Assembly: GCA_045631525.1 (NCBI GenBank)
Contig: JAZQUY010000007.1
Coordinates: 28,899-92,898 of the forward strand
Length of the DNA: 64,000 nt
Source of the DNA: Clostridia bacterium
GTDB lineage: Bacteria; Bacillota; Clostridia; Monoglobales; Monoglobaceae
Reading direction: 5' to 3'
This document shows, piece by piece, positions 1 to 8,280 of this stretch (its first letter is position 1; every line of letters begins with the position of its first letter). Both the position numbers and the translations under genes were made by a program. A model generated the notes under the pieces. It worked only from the letters and a program-made list of their open reading frames with translations, did not search any database and was not told where the DNA came from.

Positions 1-3000
1 GAGTCTGTATTTGTAAAGCTTCGTCTTCATGCAGCTTATGATAATGGTACTGGCAAAACTATATACGTGTACACACAAAACTCCGGCAATGCCAGAGCCG
101 GACTTAGTACGGTAGATGAAGCATTGACGAATAAGGTTGATAATGATTCTACTAGTGCTCCGGGTATGGATATAATTCTGGAAATGAAGGCCGGTGGCTT
201 TGATGTCTACACAAAGGCAGATGGTTCTGATGTGTGGTCGAAGGATTATACACTCAAAGGATATCAGTCTAATTCAGGAAACGATAAGCTTTGTCTTTGG
301 TATGGCGTGGCTGTAAGCAGTGTAAAGGTATACAAAAAGAATTTTAGTGCAGCGGCAGGTGCTGCAGCTAACTGCGGTGACGGTGACTATGTATTGGCGA
401 CATTTGATGCCAGCAATGCGAATGACCGTGCTATGCTTACTGTAGATAATGGCTCTGTACAGACCACAACATTTGGAGATGGAACATATGCCCATGCGGA
501 AAGTGGCAACTGGCTTCAAGTACCCCAGATATCACCCGCTATCCCAGATACAGGGTCTGTATATGTAAAATACCAGCTTCATGCCATTGATGATAATGGA
601 GCAGGCAAGGTTCTATATCAGTACACACAAAGTTCCGGAGGCAGAAGAGCCAGCAGGACTTTGAATAATACTGAAATCGGAAATAACAGACTTCTTACAA
701 GCTCTGCTGCCGGCGTGGAGGTAATTTTTGAATTCACAGCAGACGGTCACACCAACTATGTGAGAACAGCAGGCGATGATGAAATATGGACATTGCTTGA
801 AGAAACAAAGACATATTCCCAAAATGCTTCACTCCAAATACTCAATCTTCAGTATGGTCTTGGTATAAGCAAGGCTGTTGTATACAAAAAGGTTGATGCT
901 GCGACAAGCGCATTCAATGCTGCATCAAAGAATAACGATGCAACAGCTATGGGAACAGCTCTCTCAACCTATGCTACAAATTACGGCATTAATTTGACAA
1001 AGCTTGATAATGTGACAAATGACAATGCAGTTTATGCAAGATTGTTCAATAAGAACTTTGCAACAGCTGCAGAGGTTGCTGCTGTATTTGATGCGGCTGT
1101 TACAGCTCAGATTGGCGCAGAATTTGACGGCGACTATGTTGAAGGCGAAGATGAAATCATTTTGACACTTGATACAAGCACGATTACCACCTCAACGGAT
1201 GGTGCAACTATTGAGTCAGCTATATGCAGATGGTACATATGTGTATGCAAATGGTACAAACGCGTATGCGACCATTCCGGTGAAACCCACACTTCCAACG
1301 GGTGAGGATAAGCTATTTTTGAAATTCCGCACTCACGCAACAGATGATGCGGGATATGCACATACATATATGTATTTCAATCACTCAGGCACAGGACCAA
1401 TGAGAATTACAGGTAATTTCAGTACTTTTCTTCCTGAAGCAGGTATTTCGTTCAGTACAACCGCTCCGGGTGTAGATAATATTTATGAAGTAACTGCTAC
1501 AGGTTATAAGCACTATGCAAAGTCTGTTGGCACTGACAGTTGGATATTTGTCAGAGAAGGCGAATTTGCTACCGGTGGTGAAGGACAATTCCAGATGGGT
1601 GGCAGCATGGGTATCAGCAGCTATATTGCATACACAAAGCTTGACTCGCGTGTAAAGGCTGTCAATGAGATTACATCAGCGTCAGATATGGAAACGGCTG
1701 TAATGACAACATATAGTGACGCCATTGGAACAAGCGCATCTGATTTGACAGGTGTTCAAAACCGTACAGCAGTTTTTGAAAAGATGGTTGAAAAAAGACC
1801 CTTTGAAAGTCTTGGGGATATTCGTGAAAAGCTTCTGACAACAGTAGTAGCACAGAAGGCTCTTGAGCATGTGTTGTTGAATGATTCTGATATTCTCGCA
1901 GAAAATGACAAGGTATATGTGAGTGAACCCTTCGATGCTATGAGTTCTCAAATAAGCATAGCCGGGAATATTACAGTAAGTAACGGAGAGGCTTATGTGG
2001 CAACCGATGGCGATCTTTTCCTCCCTGTTGCTGGTGGTATGAAAGGAAAGATAGCGCGAATAGTCTTCAAACCGGATAATGAAACAACGCTGCTTAATAT
2101 TATGTGCTATGATGTTTATGTGGATGCAAACACGCCAAACCGCTATTACAAATCATTGAGAGGTCTTCCCAATGCTTGGCATGAGGCTATTATGTATGCA
2201 TATGAGGATTCTACATATTTGTGGTACAGAAATATTGATGCAAACGGCGCATGGCAGTCGACCGAAATCGGAAGCAAAAGTATCCATAATACCGCTGGGT
2301 ATATTGGTATAAGATTGATAAACAATTACGGTGGCGTGACCTATGACGAGGTTATAGCATACAACGATTTCTATTCAGGTTATAGTGTCACAGAAAATGG
2401 TAACAACATTGAACTGGACGGTAAGTTATACTACAGCATTCCCGGAGTTGAAAAATCAAGAAATGCTCAGTTTATATTTGCTACCTACAACAAACAGTAT
2501 GGTTATACATCCCTTGTTGATATTACCAAAAAGACCGTGGTACCGGCAACAGAGGAAATTGTTGACAAGACTTATTCATACAACGCAACCACAGATAACT
2601 ATGCGGTTATGTTATGGGATAGCACAGACACAGGTATTGTACTCGGCGAGATTAGTGGATACAAAACACCAAACAAGCTTGGAGAGGCTGAAGAAAGCAC
2701 ACTTGGAGAAGGTGTGATTGACTTTGCGAGACATTTCAATGATGCTATTATTTCGGGCAATGTCGGTCAGGACTACGTAAGTACACCGGTTACTATTTCT
2801 ATAGCTGACGCAGGAGGTACAGTTGTTGCTGCAGCTCAGACGACAACAAACCTGAAGGGCGCATTTGAGGTTAATATAGGAATTGATGCAGGCAACTTAG
2901 CCGGCGGAAGCTATACAGTTAAGGTAAGATGCAAAGATGTGGAAGATAGCGATACAGTTAACCTTTGCGGAACAGACGTGAATTACAATGCAATCAGTTC

Positions 3001-4185
3001 TGCAGCTGATTTGGTAACTGCAATTGGGAACTATGTTGACCCTGAAATAAAGGCTTTCTTCAGTGATGCGAGTGACACAGTAGCTTATGATAAGTTCCTT
3101 GATATAAAGGGTGAAGGAGCTTTTGCAAACTTCTTTGAATTCAAGGCTGCTGTTGATGAGGCGGTTTCATATACTAAAAGCTTTAGAGAACTTTTGACTG
3201 CATTGAATACAGCTGTTGCTGCTGAGAGATGGGCAGACGTTCAGAAATTGATTAAAATTGAATACAGAGAATTGCTTGAACTTCCGGCAAATCCTACAGA
3301 CGGTATAAATGATGAGATGACGCTCTTCAGTCGAATGATAAAAGACAAAGATGGAAATCTTATTGTATATACAACTGCTGAAGGAATTGTTGGTAGCTTC
3401 AATGCTGCTGTAACCGCTCAAAAGGCTGCTGAAACGCCACCTGCCGGCGGCAACAAGCCCATCGGTGGTGGCGGTGGTGCCGGTGGCGGCGGTGGTGCTG
3501 GTGCTGGTGACAGCCTTGGCTTTGGCAAAGATATTATTAAAGACAAGCCATCACAGGAACAAATTGATGAAATGATTGGAGCAGCAGAAAAAGGAATCTT
3601 CAAAGATATTTTGGGAGTTCCTTGGGCAGAAGAAAGTATCGAATCTCTTTATAATAAAGGAATTGTTGCCGGTGACGGCAGTGGCAATTTCTATCCAAAC
3701 AACAGTGTGAAGCGTGAAGAATTCCTTAAAATGATACTTTTGGCTGCGGGCATACCTATTGATGAAACAGGCGATTTGAAATTCAAAGATGTTGACAGAA
3801 TGAGTGGTATTTGGCTTATGTAAATACTGCTTACCAAAATGGAATTATCAATGGCGTAAGTGATACAGAGTTTGGTATCGGTGAAAATATTACCCGAGCT
3901 GATATGGTTGTTATGATGAACAGGGTTCTTGACAAATGTAATGTTGAGCTTCAATCTATCAGACCTGCTGTGATATTTGACGATTATGAAAAGATTCCAT
4001 CTTATGCGGGAACAAGCATTACAACTCTTTATATGGCAGGACTTATTGAAGGCACAGGCAACAATATGTTTACCCCTGCAAGTACTGCTACAAAAGCAGA
4101 AGCTGCTGTTGCAATCAACAGAATTCTTCAGCTTTTAACCAATCGATATGGGAGTGAGATCAAAATGTTTTTTGAAAAGCCGTGA
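1..4185 (+). pseudogene. Large SLH-domain cell-surface protein, 5' end outside window, reading frame broken twice
   Basis: Three consecutive ORFs (frame 1 <1..1305; frame 2 1169..3823; frame 1 3811..4185) read as one protein. It has repeated modules sharing xVKxxLHAxDDxG...Y.YTQxSG (ESVFVKLRLHAAYDNGTGKTIYVYTQNSGN / GSVYVKYQLHAIDDNGAGKVLYQYTQSSGG / DKLFLKFRTHATDDAGYAHTYMYFNHSGTG). A Gly-rich linker (PIGGGGGAGGGGGAGAG) follows, then three C-terminal SLH repeats (FKDILGVPWAEESIESLYNKGIVAGDG; FKDVDR|NEWYLAYVNTAYQNGIINGVSDTEFG; FDDYEKIPSYAGTSITTLYMAGLIEGTGNNMF). Frame switches lie near 1213-1225 and 3796-3801. Confidence 0.6.
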
Positions 4186-4884
4186 AAAATAATTGTAGTT
4201 ATCGAAGCCGAGAACTTTTGAGATTTCTACTAATGGCATACCGCTGTTCACAACAAATTCTTTTGCTACAATCATTTTCTGTTCGTTAATGTAATTTGTC
4301 AAAGTTTTTCCTGTTTCTTTTTTGAAAATGGATGAAATATATTCTTTGGAAAGATTCAGCTCAGTGCTGATGCGTTGCAATGTCAGTTTTTCAGTGAGCT
4401 TTTCATCTATGATTTGTATTATCTTATTTGTATAGGCGTTTTGTGAACTGTGAGAGCTTTTTTCAAGAAGCCCAAGTAAAATAAAATTAAGAAGATTTGC
4501 AACCTTTTGTTTTGAGAAACTGTCAGGTGCAATGTGCTGATATGGAAATACCTGAATAAGTTTTTTCATATTCGAAGAAAAGCTATTCGCAAGGTGCACA
4601 GGAAGTGAAGGGTCAAAGTCGTCGAATGCCTCAAAGTTAAAGCTCACCCACCACAGTGTTTTGTCCTCGGTGAAAAGACGTTCTCTTATCATTCCGGGTT
4701 TAATAAAAATAGCATCATTTTTGTTTAAAACATATTTAACATCATCAACAACATATGTGATACTGCCCTCAAGCACAAAAGTCAAATCATAATAGGGTAT
4801 GGGTTTAGGGAGAATATGACGACATCTCGAAGGCTGTACATTACAATAATGCAAAAGTTTTTTTGCTATATAATAATTTTCCAT
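4135..4884 (-). CDS. AraC-family transcriptional regulator (cupin-like N-domain + AraC HTH)
   Basis: 249 aa. C-terminal AraC HTH (LTLQRISTELNLSKEYISSIFKKETGKTLTNYINEQKMIVAKEFV...GFDNYNYFSRLFKKHF). AGGAG RBS before the ATG. The 3' end overlaps the convergent surface-protein ORF by 51 nt. Confidence 0.85.
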   Translation of the reverse strand: MENYYIAKKLLHYCNVQPSRCRHILPKPIPYYDLTFVLEGSITYVVDDVKYVLNKNDAIFIKPGMIRERLFTEDKTLWWVSFNFEAFDDFDPSLPVHLANSFSSNMKKLIQVFPYQHIAPDSFSKQKVANLLNFILLGLLEKSSHSSQNAYTNKIIQIIDEKLTEKLTLQRISTELNLSKEYISSIFKKETGKTLTNYINEQKMIVAKEFVVNSGMPLVEISKVLGFDNYNYFSRLFKKHFDLTPISIG

Positions 4885-5210
4885 TCTTATCTCCTTTTTA
4901 ACCCAAAAGTTTAGAATTGTGCAAAAAAGCGGATTATTAAATAAACTAGTCAGCAGCTATTGATTGACGATTATAGTACAGTCTCATAAAATGGTTGGCG
5001 CAACTCGCACATATAATTATTATGGTTCAAATTAATTATTTATATAAACATAATATCACATAATTTTGATGGATTCTCGCTGTTTGTTGTGATAAAAATA
5101 GAAAAAAGTAGAAAAATTTATCCTAAATGATTCGGAAGAGGTAAAATTTTATCAGGTACACAATTCATTAAAGGAAACATTGAATGCCAATTGAACGATG
5201 AAGTAATTTA

Positions 5211-5320
5211 GCGTGCGAGGCATATTTTATACGCAGCGTATCTCATAGCGAAGCTATTTCACATTGCGCAGCAATATTTCACGCCCGAGGGGTATTTCAC
5301 TTGCCGCAGGTAAATTTCAA
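5211..5320. repeat. Degenerate tandem array: six units of a GC-rich mini-palindrome followed by a TATTTCAC-like octamer, period 16-20 bp
   Basis: Octamers at 5223 (TATTTTAT), 5239 (TATCTCAT), 5255, 5275, 5293 (all TATTTCAC) and 5313 (AATTTCAA). Spacers are small palindromes: ACG-CAG-CGT, AGC-GAA-GCT, TTGC-GCA-GCAA, CCC-GA-GGG, CC-GCA-GG. Confidence 0.55.
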
Positions 5321-5323
5321 ATG

Positions 5324-5355
5324 AAAAAAGACTATTCCGAAGAATAGTCTTTTTT
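5324..5355. terminator. Bidirectional rho-independent terminator (ends the tRNA operon on the minus strand)
   Basis: AAAAAA-GACTATTC-cgaa-GAATAGTC-TTTTTT: 8 bp stem, 4 nt loop, A-tract and T-tract flanks. It abuts the 3' end of tRNA-Gln. Confidence 0.8.
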
Positions 5356-5356
5356 C

Positions 5357-5430
5357 TGGCTGCCGGACTAGGATTCGAACCCAGACAAACAGAGTCAGAG
5401 TCTGCTGTGCTACCTTTACACAATCCGGCA
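5357..5430 (-). tRNA. tRNA-Gln (anticodon CUG)
   Basis: The reverse complement folds as a 74 nt cloverleaf: acceptor UGCCGGA/UCCGGCA with U1:A72, anticodon loop CU-CUG-AC, T-loop GGGTTCGAATCC, encoded 3' CCA. Confidence 0.85.
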
Positions 5431-5461
5431 ATATTAAATTGTCTGTAAATAAAAAAGTATT

Positions 5462-5546
5462 TGGTGCGAGCAGTGGGACTTGAACCCACACGTCGGTTGA
5501 CACACGCCCCTCAAACGTGCCTGTCTGCCTATTCCAGCATGCTCGC
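5462..5546 (-). tRNA. tRNA-Leu (anticodon GAG), class II with long variable arm
   Basis: 85 nt: acceptor GCGAGCA/TGCTCGC, 3 bp D-stem with GAATAGGCAGA loop, anticodon stem CACGT/GCGTG with loop TT-GAG-GG, variable arm GTC-aacc-GAC, T-loop GTGGGTTCAAGTCCCAC, 3' CCA. Confidence 0.85.
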
Positions 5547-5565
5547 ATAGCCAAACAGCTTTTAT

Positions 5566-5594
5566 AGTATATTACGTTTTGATCCATTTGTCAA
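5566..5594 (-). promoter_or_regulatory. Sigma-A-type promoter for the tRNA-Leu/tRNA-Gln unit
   Basis: Minus strand reads TTGACA-17 nt-TATACT, ending about 20 nt upstream of the tRNA-Leu 5' end. Confidence 0.55.
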
Positions 5595-5665
5595 TAGTTT
5601 TTTCAAAAAAATTTGTTTTATTTTTACTTTTTTTTGAATATTATTGTTGTGGAGGCGATTATATT

Positions 5666-6139
5666 ATGAAACAACTAAAAACCTATGTGGTTTCAATCCT
5701 TATTCCGCTATTGATAGGAGGGATTTCGGCTTTTCTTACCAGAGGGAATATGATGCTTTATGATGAAATAATAAAGCCACCTTTTGCACCGCCTGCCATA
5801 CTCTTCCCCATAGTATGGACAATTCTTTATGTTCTTATGGGAATTGGAGCAGCAAGGGTTTATCTTAAACGTGATATTATGCCAAAAGAGGCAAGTGAGG
5901 CAAGGACTGTTTACTTCCTGCAACTCGCAGTAAACTTCTTCTGGAGCCTGATATTTTTCAATCTAAGGGCATTCTTTGCGGCTTTTTTGTGGCTTGTTAT
6001 TCTGTTGGTTCTGATTATTTTGATGCTTGTGAAATTCCGCAAGGTGGATTTGACAGCAGCTTTAATAAATATTCCATATCTTTTGTGGGTGACATTCGCG
6101 GGGTATCTGACGCTTGCGATATATCTGCTTAACAGATAG
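5666..6139 (+). CDS. tspO: TspO/MBR family (tryptophan-rich sensory protein) membrane protein
   Basis: Five predicted TM helices and family-typical Trp/Pro-rich segments (KPPFAPPAILFPIVWTILYVLMG, FFLQLAVNFFWSLIFF, NIPYLLWVTFAGYLT). Start moved to the ATG at 5666 behind a GGAGG RBS; the ORF-track start at 5579 lacks an RBS. Confidence 0.8.
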   Translation: MKQLKTYVVSILIPLLIGGISAFLTRGNMMLYDEIIKPPFAPPAILFPIVWTILYVLMGIGAARVYLKRDIMPKEASEARTVYFLQLAVNFFWSLIFFNLRAFFAAFLWLVILLVLIILMLVKFRKVDLTAALINIPYLLWVTFAGYLTLAIYLLNR

Positions 6140-6166
6140 AAAAGGGGGAGAAATCCCCCTTTTTTA
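6138..6166. terminator. Bidirectional terminator between tspO and the PTS EIICB gene
   Basis: AAA-GGGGGA-gaaa-TCCCCC-TTTTTT, placed between the convergent stop codons. Confidence 0.75.
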
Positions 6167-7753
6167 TTTATCCAATGAGTCCAGATAGTCTTCGAAATTA
6201 CTTTTTATTACAGTTACACGGGGGCCATAGATAACCTGAACACCAGAGCCACTCTTTATTACGCCAGATGCACCGCTTTGACGAAGAACGGCGTCTTTAA
6301 CCTTTGAACTGTCTTTCACCGTAACCCTGAGCCTTGTAGCACAGCAGTCCACATTCACAAGGTTATCCTTGCCACCAAGACCCTCAAGGATAAGAGACGA
6401 TTTGTCTTCTTTTGCGGCGTTTACGTCCTTTCTTGTGTAAAGCTTGGTTTCAGCCTCATCGTCCTCACGACCAGGGGTGACAAAGTTGAATTTTCGGATG
6501 AGGTAACGGAAAAGGAAGTAGTAAACAATGAAATAAATAATACCTACCCAGATGATGTTTATCCAGTGTGTCTTTGCGTTGCCCTGCAAAATTCCAAAGA
6601 GGAAGAGGTCAATTACACCACCTGAGAATGTCATACCTACACCTACATCAAGGATGTGCATCAGCATAAACGATATACCGGCAAGCACACTGTGGATGAC
6701 ATAAAGTATGGGAGCTACAAACAAAAAGGTAAATTCCAGAGGCTCGGTTATACCGGTCAGGATGGATGTGAGTGCTGCGGAGAGCAAAAGACCTCCGGCA
6801 ACCTTCTTTTTGGTGGGTTTTGCCACGGTGTACATTGCAAGAGCGGCACCGGGAAGACCAAATATCATAAACGGGAATTTTCCACTCATAAAGCGTGTGG
6901 CTTCAACCGAGAACTGAGTTGTGTTGGGTGACGCCAGCTGTGCAAAAAAGATGTTTTGTGCACCCTGAACGGTTGCTCCGTCGATAACCATACTACCGCC
7001 AAGCCCTGTCTGCCAGAATGGAATATAAAATACGTGATGGAGGCCAAAGGGAATAAGACCTCTTTCGATAGTTCCGTAAATAAGTGTGCCAAAATATCCC
7101 GAATTTAGAACCAGACCGCCGAGAGAATATATTGCTCTTTGGATATACGGCCAGATAAAGTACATTGCAAGACCTACCAGAATATAAACAAAGGTGGATA
7201 TAATGGGGATAAATCTGACACCGCCAAAAAACGAGATAACGGTGGGGAGCTCAATTTTGTAAAAACGGTTGTGAAGAGCCGCTACACCGAGACCTACTAT
7301 TATACCACCAAAAACACCCATCTGGAGAGATTGAATACCAACGACATTGGCAACCGTACCTTCAAGCATTGCACCTTCGGCAAGCTGACCATTGAGGCGG
7401 AGGAGGGTGGAAATTGTTTGGTGCATAACAAAGAATGCTATTGCTGCCGAAAGAACAGCAGTTCCGTGCTCTTTTTCTGCCATACCCAAGGCAACACCCA
7501 GAGCAAAGATAAGTGGCAGATTTCCAAAGATAATATCACCGGTCTGGGCAAGTACCTGCATTACGGAGTTTAAAAAAGTGCCGGGACCTAAAATCGCGGT
7601 GAGGTTGTATGCCTCAATTGTTGTGGTATTGGTAAGAGATGCGCCGATGCCCAGAAGAAGTCCTGCAATGGGGAGAAGCGCAATGGGAAGCATAAAAGAA
7701 CGACCGACTCTTTGGAGGACGCTGAATAGTCCGTTTTCGCCTTTAGATTTCAT
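6164..7753 (-). CDS. PTS glucose/N-acetylglucosamine-family EIICB component
   Basis: 529 aa polytopic EIIC followed by a C-terminal EIIB domain with the phospho-Cys motif NVDCCATRLRVTVKD. Confidence 0.85.
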   Translation of the reverse strand: MKSKGENGLFSVLQRVGRSFMLPIALLPIAGLLLGIGASLTNTTTIEAYNLTAILGPGTFLNSVMQVLAQTGDIIFGNLPLIFALGVALGMAEKEHGTAVLSAAIAFFVMHQTISTLLRLNGQLAEGAMLEGTVANVVGIQSLQMGVFGGIIVGLGVAALHNRFYKIELPTVISFFGGVRFIPIISTFVYILVGLAMYFIWPYIQRAIYSLGGLVLNSGYFGTLIYGTIERGLIPFGLHHVFYIPFWQTGLGGSMVIDGATVQGAQNIFFAQLASPNTTQFSVEATRFMSGKFPFMIFGLPGAALAMYTVAKPTKKKVAGGLLLSAALTSILTGITEPLEFTFLFVAPILYVIHSVLAGISFMLMHILDVGVGMTFSGGVIDLFLFGILQGNAKTHWINIIWVGIIYFIVYYFLFRYLIRKFNFVTPGREDDEAETKLYTRKDVNAAKEDKSSLILEGLGGKDNLVNVDCCATRLRVTVKDSSKVKDAVLRQSGASGVIKSGSGVQVIYGPRVTVIKSNFEDYLDSLDK

Positions 7754-7792
7754 AGTTTTTCATCCTTTCTGATTGTTGTTTCAAATGGAAAT

Positions 7793-8266
7793 TTAGATTT
7801 TATATGTCAAAGCAGGCGAGCCTGCCTTTGCTGACGCTGCCTCGAGTATTTTGAATTTGCGCATTTTTTCGTGGTTGGTTATGGCTACAACGGTTGTTGT
7901 GTTATAGCCTTTTTCTTTTATCAGTTCAAGATTTGCAGATGCGATGGCATCGCCCTGAGAAATTTTGTCACCCTTTTTTACCAGGGGCTTGAAGCCTTTA
8001 CCCTTCAATTCAACTGTATCTATGCCTATATGCACTAAAATTTCCAGTCCGTCATCCGTAGTTATACAAAAGGCATGAAGGGTTTCGGTGACATCGGTTA
8101 TCACGCCGCTTGCAGGACTGAAAAATTCGCCATTTACGGGGATTACTGCAAATCCGTCCCCTAAGAATTTCTGGGAAAAAACCTGGTCCGGAACTTTGAC
8201 TATGTCGATTATTTTTCCGTTTGCTACGGAAGTGAGGGTTTTCTCTTTCTTAAAAAAACTAAACAC
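7793..8266 (-). CDS. PTS glucose-family EIIA component (Crr-like)
   Basis: 157 aa with EIIA-Glc signatures (GDGFAVIP..., ILVHIGIDTVELKGKGF). GTG start behind an AGGAG RBS. Confidence 0.85.
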   Translation of the reverse strand: MFSFFKKEKTLTSVANGKIIDIVKVPDQVFSQKFLGDGFAVIPVNGEFFSPASGVITDVTETLHAFCITTDDGLEILVHIGIDTVELKGKGFKPLVKKGDKISQGDAIASANLELIKEKGYNTTTVVAITNHEKMRKFKILEAASAKAGSPALTYKI

Positions 8267-8280
8267 AAGAAGGACTCCTT

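Noticed and set aside
2385-2717. ORF 2385..2717 (+, 110 aa), nested in another frame of the surface-protein gene.
   Set aside because: It has no RBS and lies entirely within a region where the main frame shows continuous repeat-module similarity.
3430-3520. The GGTGGTGGCGGTGGTGCCGGTGGCGGCGGTGGTGCTGGTGCTGGT tract was considered as a slipped-strand phase-variation repeat.
   Set aside because: It is an imperfect, in-frame Gly/Ala linker inside the surface protein. Neither observed frameshift maps to it.
5211-5320. The regularly spaced TATTTCAC repeats were considered as a CRISPR array.
   Set aside because: The repeat (8 nt) and the period (16-20 bp) are far too short, the units are degenerate, and there is no leader or cas gene anywhere in the window.
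5259-5587. ORFs 5259..5489 and 5297..5587 (minus strand, 76 and 96 aa).
   Set aside because: They run straight through tRNA-Gln, tRNA-Leu and the terminator. They are artefacts of the open frame across the RNA genes.
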